DNA of 63,802 bases, filler included, from Licmophora abbreviata (Eukaryota), in NCBI GenBank assembly GCA_900291995.1. It is 20 parts of 20 records of this genome, joined end to end, with 100 filler letters (N's around TTAATTAATTAA, not from the genome) between each part and the next. Parts side by side here need not be neighbours in the genome. Positions count along the whole stretch, not along the records: positions 51,956 to 56,450 come from OLMU01004572.1; positions 56,551 to 58,443 come from OLMU01004573.1; positions 58,544 to 60,208 come from OLMU01004574.1; positions 60,309 to 63,802 come from OLMU01004575.1; 16 more parts are not named here. One strand, given 5' to 3'. The translations under genes and the position numbers were made by a program. This document shows positions 55,423 to 63,802 of the stretch, in pieces. Under the pieces are notes generated by a model. That model did no database searches and was not told the origin of the DNA. It was given only the letters and a program-made list of their open reading frames with translations. How positions within the stretch are numbered: the stretch's first letter is position 1; each line of letters begins with the position of its first letter.

Positions 55423-55597
55423 CGTGTCCGCCTCTTTGCTCGGGATCCGGTGCGGTTATCGGCCCGCCTGCATGGTCCCGGTCATTCTCTACCTGCACGA
55501 TCATTGCCCGAACAGCGGAATTTTTCAATTCACAAGGTGGCGCATTGCTGCAAGACTCATCGTAATTTTATAGATGGATAACCGGCCCGGAGGCCTT

Positions 55598-56449
55598 ATG
55601 GAATTCAGCTTTTCGACGATTTTCTTTCTGTTTTTCATGGTGATGATCCTGCAGCCCGTTCTGATGGGGCGCATTTTCGCCTTCCGTCGTGAGCAGGCGA
55701 TCCGTGCGATCGAGCGCAAACGTCGCAGCCGTGTGATCACCATGATTCACCGTCAGGAGCGGCGCAGTTTCTTCGGCGTCAATGTCAGCAGGATGATCGA
55801 CCTTGAAGATGCGCAATCCATCATCTCGGCGATCAAGGCCACACCCGCAAACACGCCGATCGATCTTGTTCTGCACACACCCGGCGGGCTGGTGCTCGCG
55901 GCCATGCAAATCGCGCGCGCGGTCGAGACGCATCCCGCGAAAGTCACTGTTTTCGTTCCGATTTATGCGATGTCGGGCGGTACTCTGATCGCACTTGCCG
56001 CCGATGAAATCGTGATGGGAGAGTTCTCGATGCTGGGGCCAATCGACCCGCAAATCATGGGGATTTCCGCAGCTTCGATCATCGCGGCGCGGGACGCCAA
56101 ACCGGTCGAGCATGTCTCGGATGTGGCCCTGGTTTTGGCGGATGTCAGCGACAAGGCCATCGCGCAGGTGGTGAGGGGGGCGGTGGAGATTATGACGCCG
56201 AGGATGGAAAAGGGGAAGGCGGAGGAGTTGGCTAAGACGCTGGCGTCGGGAACCTGGACGCATGATTATGCGCTGACACCGGCCGAGGCGCGGGAGCTGG
56301 GGCTTGGGGTGACGGTGGGGATGCCGCCGGAAATACTTGATCTCATGAAACTTTTTCCGGCGCCGGTGAAGCAGAGCGCGGTGGAGTTCCTGCCGTTCGA
56401 CCCGCGGGCAAGAAGCTGGGCTGAGCCCGGACAGGCGCGCGAGGGATGA
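55598..56449 (+). CDS. SDH_sah / ClpP-fold serine peptidase with N-terminal membrane anchor
   Basis: DLVLHTPGG, YAMSGGTLIALAADEIVM, LGPIDPQ, WTHD. Confidence 0.8.
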   Translation: MEFSFSTIFFLFFMVMILQPVLMGRIFAFRREQAIRAIERKRRSRVITMIHRQERRSFFGVNVSRMIDLEDAQSIISAIKATPANTPIDLVLHTPGGLVLAAMQIARAVETHPAKVTVFVPIYAMSGGTLIALAADEIVMGEFSMLGPIDPQIMGISAASIIAARDAKPVEHVSDVALVLADVSDKAIAQVVRGAVEIMTPRMEKGKAEELAKTLASGTWTHDYALTPAEARELGLGVTVGMPPEILDLMKLFPAPVKQSAVEFLPFDPRARSWAEPGQAREG

Positions 56450-56550
56450 GNNNNNNNNNNNNNNNNNNNNNNNNNNNNNNNNNNNNNNNNNNNNTTAATT
56501 AATTAANNNNNNNNNNNNNNNNNNNNNNNNNNNNNNNNNNNNNNNNNNNN

Positions 56551-57641
56551 GAGATCAGCAGAAGCGGCGCCGGCAGGCTGGCAAGATCGAGGCCGATGCC
56601 CATCAGCACAGGTCCGAGCAGCGGCGCGCCGACGGTGCCGATATAGCCGGCCATCATCAGCAGGATGATTTCGCCCCGATAGGCGGGAAGCTCGACAAAG
56701 GCATAATCGGCCACCCGCCGCCCGACGCCCGGCGCATCGGGCTTGCCCCGGGCCTGCAGCGCGAGCCAGAAGCCGGCGATGACCGGAACGATCACCAAGA
56801 CAAGCCCGACGATCCTGATGCCGGTGGCGGCATAGAGCACCGCGATGCTGGTGACGAGGATCGCCAGCAAAAGCGCCAGAGGCAGCATCAAGGCCCATGT
56901 GCCCTCGGGCATCTGGCGAACGGGCGCAGGGGCGGAGAGTTTCGGCTTGAAGGCCGCATCGAGCACCCAGCCGGTTGCCGCCATCAAGAGCGATGTGACA
57001 AGGCCGGGCAGGACCGCCAGCGCCCAGCTTGTGCCGGGGATGAGGGCCGTGGAAATGGCGACCGCGAAGGACAGCGGCGACCATGGCAGGGCCGATGTGA
57101 AGGCGCGCTGGATCGCCAACAGCATCCGGCGGGTGCGGTGGCGGCGGATTTCGGGGTCTTTTTCCTCGTTTGCGCTGGTGGTGGCGAGGCTGCCGAGCAG
57201 GGCAATGGCGCCGTAGTTCAGCAAGAGCGCGAACATCTGCCCGCCGATCGTGAGCGCGAGATAGCGCCGACCGGGCGGTTGCTGGGCCAGAAAGCGGCCG
57301 CTGGCACGGATCGCGGGCGATGTTTCGGCCACGCTGCGCAGGGTGGCGAGGGCCGTGAAGAACGCGGTGATGAAGGCGGCGGTCATCAGGCCACGGTGCA
57401 TGATGTCGCGCCAGTCGGGATTGGTGGCGATCAGCGCCGCACTCAGAGCCAGAGCCACCAGCGCGAAGAGATAGCGGCCCGCGCGGACCTGCAACGCCAG
57501 CACCAGCGTTGTCAGGATGATCAGCCATGGCAGCACGGTTTCGGCCATGGTGCTGGAGGCCCAGACCGAGAGGATTTCGAGACCGGTGATGGCGACCAGA
57601 AGGCCGCCTGTCAGTCTGTTTGATGTCGCCGAAGGTTTCAT
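56551..57641 (-). CDS. Multi-pass membrane protein, probable transporter (3' truncated)
   Basis: More than 9 hydrophobic segments; FLAQQPPGRRY, PWSPLS. Confidence 0.65.
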
Positions 57642-57735
57642 GTTGCGCAAGTCATGCGGAGAAATGCGGCGCTGTGCAAGCTGATGCGCAAGATGAACGG
57701 GCGGGCCGACGCGCCGGATCGCCGGAAGGGAGCGG

Positions 57736-58443
57736 TCAGCGGATGTCGGCGCGGCCTGCGGCTTCAAGCTCGCGATCGAGGGCTTGCCCCGAGGAGGCGC
57801 GCGATTTGGTGGCGCCGCTGACCAGAGCATAGGCGGCAGGCGTCAGGAACAGGGTGAACACCGCCGCCAGCCCAAGCCCGCCGACGATCACCCAGCCGAT
57901 CGAGGCGCGCGCCTCGGCGCCGGGACCGGAGCCGAGGATCAAGGGCAGGCCAGACATCACGGTGCAGATCAGCGTCATGGCGATGGGGCGCAACCGGGCC
58001 TGAGCGGCCTCGAAGGCGGCGTCGATCACCGGGCGCCCCGCATCGCGGAGTTGATTCGCGAATTCCACCAGCAGGATGCCGTTCTTGGCCATGACCCCGA
58101 TCAGCATCAGAATCCCGATCTGACTGTAGATATTGACGGTCGTGCCGGTCAGAAGCATCGCATATATCGCGGCGCAGACCCCGAAAGGCACGGTCAGCAT
58201 CACCACCAGAGCGCTTGTCAGGCTTTCGAATTGCGCGAGCAGCACCAGAAAGACCACCAGAAGTGCGATCACATAGGTGGCGGCCAGCGCCGATGAGGTT
58301 TCATCGAGCGTTGCGGCTTCGCCCAGAAAGATCAGGCCGATCCCGTCGGGCAGGCGGTCTTGGGCCAAGGCGCGCACATCGTCGATCACCTCGCGCAGGG
58401 TAACGTCGGGTGACACTGAGGCGTCGATTTCGATGGCGCGGCG
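57736..58443 (-). CDS. RND efflux permease (AcrB family), C-terminal part
   Basis: LAQFES, KNGILLVEFA, RLRPIAMT, IVGGL, TLFLTP. Confidence 0.9.
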   Translation of the reverse strand, partial: RRAIEIDASVSPDVTLREVIDDVRALAQDRLPDGIGLIFLGEAATLDETSSALAATYVIALLVVFLVLLAQFESLTSALVVMLTVPFGVCAAIYAMLLTGTTVNIYSQIGILMLIGVMAKNGILLVEFANQLRDAGRPVIDAAFEAAQARLRPIAMTLICTVMSGLPLILGSGPGAEARASIGWVIVGGLGLAAVFTLFLTPAAYALVSGATKSRASSGQALDRELEAAGRADIR

Positions 58444-58543
58444 NNNNNNNNNNNNNNNNNNNNNNNNNNNNNNNNNNNNNNNNNNNNTTAATTAATTAAN
58501 NNNNNNNNNNNNNNNNNNNNNNNNNNNNNNNNNNNNNNNNNNN

Positions 58544-60208
58544 GACACCCCGTGTCGTCGAGAGCTCCCGCTTGAGCTGGGTGACCTGGCTCTGGAGCTC
58601 CGTGACCTTGGTGAAGGACGCCTTCTTCTGCATAATGTGCAACAGAATCGCGGGGGCTAGGTCCGGATGACCCCTAAAATGCGCCTTCTCCAGCTCCTGC
58701 ATGTACTGGTGGGCCGACAGAGCCCCCCAGAGAACCATCGCGCACCTCCCCGACGCAGAGACACCCGGATCCTTGGCTCCCGCTCCAGCCGACCTCAGGG
58801 TACCAATCTTCCGAAAGATCTCCTTGATGATATGGGCGACGAGGTCCCACGCATCCTTCGTCGACACCGAGTCCACGTCAATCAGCTCGCGGTAGAACTC
58901 CTCCACGAACTTGGCCATGGAGTCGAAGAACGATACAGACTTCCTAATCATCTCTTCCGCCAAGACCCGGGCGGACGCACCTCCCGATCCCAAGAAGATG
59001 GATCTCATGGAATGCATGTTGCCACTGACAAACTGGGGTGTGTGGTTGCGCACCCTGTGGAGTAGTCCTTCGCGACGAACCGGGCTCTCCCACGCTTCCT
59101 TGTTGGGGAGAAGCGGGAGGTGGCTCTCTCCGGCCTTTCCTGTGATTCCAAAGACACCCGGGTAGGCAACGCTGAGACTAGCCGTGAGCTTGTCCAGTGA
59201 GGCCCGCTTAGACTTGTACTCTTCATCGATCACTCCAGAGGTGTTGGCCCCCATCATCGTCCCCACCTCGATCAAGTATGAAGCAATATCGAAGAAATAC
59301 TTCCGCTCAAATCCAGGCACGTTGGCGGTGACCAACGCCTCTGTTTCCGCGAGAGACCCGAACGCCAGTCCCTCATCCCCGGATGACACTCCTCCAGATG
59401 TCAACCTATCCCGCAAGAGAGCATTGTCCGCTCGAGCGTCACGCAGCTCCGCCTCAGTGGTGTCCACCCTCCGGGCCAGCTTCTCCAACTGCTCCCGCAA
59501 CTCTGCCACTCCTAGCGTGTCCGAGACCATGGTCTCCACCTTCCCGACCGGGCCATCCTGGACAGCGCCTCCTGAAGCACGTCCGTCGCCTCGCCCCCAT
59601 CCTTCAGCCTGAAGCTTGGCGTAAAGCCTCTCGGCCGGGAAGGCGCCGGCCGGCCTCCCGTAAGCTCCGCAGCAAGCTCGAACGTCTGCTTCCAAGGGCC
59701 CTCACACGTGCTGATCAACCCGTCAAAGTCGGCGCGGAGGCCCTCCAACATCGTGACATTGCGCGCGGTGGAGTCCCTAGTCCCGCACGTCGTCGCAGTG
59801 AGGAGCCCGACTGCCTTTTCGATGTCATCCGCCCTCTCATCCAGGCCCTTAATGGAGTCCCACAGCGTGGCGCCCGGGGGCGAGTACTCCCGGGAGGCCA
59901 CCGCCCCCACAGCGATGCCCAGTCGGCTCACCTTCGACTCCAGCTCGGGGTCCTCGGGCAAAGTCTCACACAACGCCTCCAGGAGGCGGCCTACTCTCTT
60001 GCGAAGCGTGTTCAGCAACATAGCTGAGGAGTTCCAGTTCCCCACTAGGAACATGGTGGGGTCGTCGTCTTTCGGACTGGTGTCCCCGGCTCCTCGAGGC
60101 CAGAGGGGTACCTCACCCAACGACGGGTCTCCCTGGGGAGACTCCCCACCCTCACCATCCACCAGGCGAGATCGCTTGGTGTTCCCAGGCGTCTTGGGCG
60201 CGTAGTCC
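58544..60208 (-). pseudogene. Long coiled-coil ORF of non-host origin with a frameshift near 59550; possible eukaryotic retroelement ORF1/gag-like
   Basis: Two overlapping minus ORFs (59512-60162, 58544-59695) read as one protein; CTAG occurs 5 times in 1.7 kb; no bacterial motif recognised. Confidence 0.35.
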
Positions 60209-60524
60209 NNNNNNNNNNNNNNNNNNNNNNNNNNNNNNNNNNNNNNNNNNNNTTAATTAATTAANNNNNNNNNNNNNNNNNNNNNNNNNNNNNNNNNNNN
60301 NNNNNNNNAGCAAGCAGGCTAGGCGTGGAGCTACCGGAGGAGACACGAGGAGAAAGTCGGCAACGACGTGATCGTGAGACACGAAAAAAGAATATCCGAG
60401 CTGTCGTAGACCCGAGGCAAGTCCCTTTGCGCGTGTAACAGTAATTGGACTTACTGATACAAGAGGCTTGTCCCGATACGATGGCATCGAAAACCGACTT
60501 GTGAGGGAGACTTGGATCGCGTCT

Positions 60525-60759
60525 CCATCACTGACGTAAATACTGATGGCCGCCCATTAGTATACTCCCTGGAGTACATTTACATCCGCGATGAAGAAAC
60601 GTCCAGTGCTCACTCTCGTGTGCGCCGGGAATGATCGTCTCTACCATAACTGACGTAAATACTGATGGGCGCCCATCAGTATACTCCCTGGAGTACATTT
60701 ACATCCGCGATGAAGAAACGTCCAGTGCTCGCTCTCGTGTGCGCCGGGAATGATCGTCT
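60525..60759. repeat. Tandem duplication, 119-bp period (60525-60640, 60644-60759)
   Basis: About 4 differences between copies; each has TGACGT and a 24-bp palindrome. Confidence 0.9.
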
Positions 60760-60985
60760 GTCCTCGTCGGTTGACCGTTCGCCCTTGTCGGCCCTTCGAA
60801 ACCAGTATAGCGAAATGCATAACAAGGTACCGAAGACTGCGTGACGGGCAGACGGCAGCGGTACACAAGGTCGAACTTGCTCGCTGCTGACTTGGCACCG
60901 TGTATGAAGAAGACCTTCAAGAACCCGTCCACTGCTCAATGTGCCGTCCTTCAAAGCAATGTGGGAAGTCTCAGACCGTAAGACC

Positions 60986-63661
60986 ATGAGAGAAAGGAGT
61001 CTAGCTGTAGGGGCGCCGTGGAGCCGGCCAAATAGACGGATGGTATTAAGCGTCACTGCTCTGCTCTTCGGTTTGTCGCTGTGCACATCCCTTTCATACG
61101 GCTCGCAACGGGATGGATGCCGCAGCACTTGTAGAAACAGACATGGAGACCCAACTTCTGGGGCTTGCTTCCATATCTCGCATCACGATTGGAGATGTAG
61201 AGGAAGATCTCTGTTCCAGTCCACAGAAATCATGGAATCAGGCGGGACGGAAAGTGACCGAATACGTGATGAGGCCGAGACTACCAAGAGAAAAGTATTC
61301 GTGCTGCTCAGACAGAATGAGTTCGGACGCGCTTTACATGAAATGGAAGACATGATATCCAACGTCAAGCAGGCGAGCGCATCATCGACCGGAGAGGAAC
61401 AGAAGGCTCGAAAGGACATTAGCTCTCTCCTGGACCAGACTTTTCAAGCGTACACAAATGTTGCATTCTCTGCACCGTACCGAGGCGCTCAGTCGCGAGC
61501 GAGAATAAAGCACGGATTGGGAGCCGTGCAACTACAGCTTTCGTCATCTGGGGCCCTGCTGCCCCCTTATAACACTTGTCCCAGAGCGACCTTGGTCCTC
61601 GCCCTCAAGGCGATCTCCGGTGTAATCGGGGCGGGCCTTGGGCATGATTCATTCGCTCGGACCAGTAAAGAAACGGAAGTCGCTGATTCGGCCTTTCGGA
61701 TCCTGCAGCGTCTCATGACGGGCATGGGTGTTCGTCAATCGTCATCAAAGCCAAACAGTTTGGTGCTTTCGGAGCGGGACTTAAACATGGTTCTGAATGC
61801 AGTATGCAACGCAGGACGCATGGATATTGCCCTTAAAATCATCGGACTTCAAGAGAGGGCACCAATAACCCCTCCACTGTCTCCAGTTTCCTATTCGATA
61901 CTTCTCAAAGGATACGGTCGACAGAGGGATATTCACAGTGTAGAGAGAACACTCTCGCATGCCCAGACAAACGGAATCAAGCCAGATACCATCATGCTCA
62001 ATAGCGCCATTGATGCGTATATCAACTGTGGAAACGCGGACAAGGCTAGAGATGTCTTTGATTACATGGTCAACGACAGTTTTGTATCGGATCGACTGAC
62101 GCGACTTGGCTCGTTGTTTACGCCCGACTCTCATCCTAGCCCCAACCGTCGGACTTACAACACTATGCTAAAAGGCCTGGCTAAGCAAGCTGACATCGAA
62201 TCCGCACTTGAGATTGCGGACAGAATGAGAGAGCTGAAACTTTGGGATGACATTACGACAAACACGCTTGTTAGTGCTGCAGTCTCTGCTCAACATTTTG
62301 ACTTGGCAGAAAGCATCTTAGCGAATCATACTGTGGCCGTTTCATGGAAGAAGGGTAGGCAAGCGAAGAAGCACCCGAATGTTGAGGCCTACACGGAGCT
62401 TCTCGATGCTTACGCCAAATCATCCCAACTTGACAAAGCAATGGGTACGCTGCAGCTCATGCACCAGCGAGGAGTGGAACCTAACGAATTCACATACACT
62501 TGCGCCGTTGGGGCATTGGCAAGAGCAAAGAAAGTCGACCAGGCGACGAAATTGTTGGAATTCTTCGAGAGCAGAAGCGTACGTCCCAACGCAGTCGTGT
62601 TCAATTCCTTGATTACCGGATTGGTAGCACAAACTGAGCCGTTGTCGGTGGACCAGCAGCGATCGCAAACCGCGGAGACGTTCGACGCTTATGTCAATGA
62701 GGCGATCGTCGTGTTTCGTTCCATGATGAAAAAGGGTGTACGTCCGAACTCCATAACGATTTCTGTTCTTGTGGATGCCTTCGGCCGCTGCGAGCCACCG
62801 CGGATAGACGAAGCGAAGGCCCTCGTTGGGAAGCTTGAGACAGATCGCATCATTGTGCGCGATAACAACATGATCGCGACATCCTTGGTTCGAATATGCG
62901 GCGTGGTACGAGACCTTAAAGGTGCGGTAGAGTCATTTGGAAAGATGAAGACTCCGGACACAGCGGCTGTCAATGCGTTGATGGAGGCTTGCTGTCAATG
63001 TGAGCACGAGAACTTGGCGTTCGACACATTCGACCGTTTCTTCGGGAAGGAATCTTCCGGAAAGATCCGTCCTGATGTTATCTCGTACAGCGTTTTGATC
63101 AAGGCCCTCTTGAAACGGAACTTGCCAAGGTCCATGGAACAGACACGCGGTCTATACAACGACATGAAGAATGTGCGGAATATTTTACCAGACAAGGCCT
63201 TGGTTGACATGTAAGTTATGCGTATGTCTTGGTAGACTTCCCAAGCCGTGGCGTTCGCACTCATATCGACTGTTCTTGGGCTTAACAGGATCCTAAGAGC
63301 AATAGTACGCAGTAGGAGAACGGGCTTACAGAAACGCGATGTGGAATTTGCATTGAGTGTGGTACGCGACGCGAAGGGACTCGACTGGGGAGCGGGTGAG
63401 TTTGAGAAACGCAAGCAAGCCGTTCGTGCGGTCATGGTCGGAAGAGTGAGTGAAATCTGGAAGGATGATGAAAGCTGGTATGGTACGAGAGCAGACGACA
63501 ACAAGGATCCGCTGTTTGCGAGGTATGGCTGGAACAAAGTTGACTCTGGGTTCTCTGTCTGGGGCCATGCGTCAGAACGGAATGCCGGTGCCAGCAGGAA
63601 TTCCGACGAGTTCCTAAGAGAAGACTGGAACGATGTTGATTCTGGCTTCCGCATAATATAG
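60986..63661 (+). CDS. Eukaryotic pentatricopeptide-repeat (PPR) protein, 2 exons (..63210, 63289..63661); start at 60986 or 61040
   Basis: Repeated PPR units (PDTIMLNSAIDAY, PNRRTYNTMLKG, PNVEAYTELLDAY, PNEFTYT, PNAVVFNSLI, PDVISYSVLIKA); hydrophobic N-terminal signal. Confidence 0.88.
63211..63288 (+). other. Spliceosomal intron (78 nt)
   Basis: GTAAGT...TTAACAG; removal deletes an in-frame TAA and joins DKALVDM to ILRAIVRS. Confidence 0.85.
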
Positions 63662-63802
63662 CACTGCAGCACTACAAGATTATCTCAATGCCTTTTGGGT
63701 TATCAGAAAAGTGGATAGAGGGCCTACTTTCATCGTGACAAAGACTCGCCTTGGTACAGTCAATCAAAAGGAAGGACCGTAGCAATGCTCTCAATCTTTC
63801 AG

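Noticed and set aside
2113..60308. Recurring TTAATTAATTAA as a biological repeat, CRISPR repeat or CtrA-like site
   Set aside because: Always centred in a 100-nt N block; it is an assembly linker
60309..60487. Divergent minus-strand ORF at the start of the eukaryotic contig
   Set aside because: Short, truncated, no recognisable motif
60525..60759. CRISPR repeats or LTR pair
   Set aside because: Only two adjacent 119-bp units, no unique spacer or internal domain, eukaryotic context
58544..63802. Eukaryote-to-bacterium horizontal transfer of a PPR gene
   Set aside because: Separated from bacterial DNA by artificial linkers and retains a spliceosomal intron

Overview
This window is not contiguous genome. 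It is 20 contigs joined by 19 artificial 100-nt linkers (N44-TTAATTAATTAA-N44, stops in all six frames). About 58.4 kb (1-58443) is a high-GC Rhodobacterales/Roseobacter-group alphaproteobacterium. That part carries the fusA-(tuf)-S10-spc-alpha ribosomal cluster, degP, rarA, a family-5 peptide-type ABC transporter, carB, pabB, cfa, aspS, mce, rimO, asmA, gcrA, pmbA and accessory genes. The last two contigs look foreign. 60309-63802 is clearly eukaryotic: an intron-containing PPR gene with a signal peptide, diatom/stramenopile-like by inference. 58544-60208 holds a frameshifted coiled-coil ORF that may be a eukaryotic retroelement ORF1. The best non-routine signals are: a candidate sul1-type orphan-riboswitch RNA in front of a STAS-less SulP; a 117-bp double-hairpin intergenic repeat family (RIME/CIR-like) found three times between convergent genes; an FNR-type box in front of two tandem small 4-Cys proteins; an antisense vWA gene splitting the spc operon; a phased 4x11-bp array; an unannotated 39-aa membrane peptide; and a palindromic 119-bp tandem duplication upstream of the PPR gene. 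I found no CRISPR array, rRNA, tRNA, transposase or clearly new multi-gene system. All family names come from motif recognition, not database searches.
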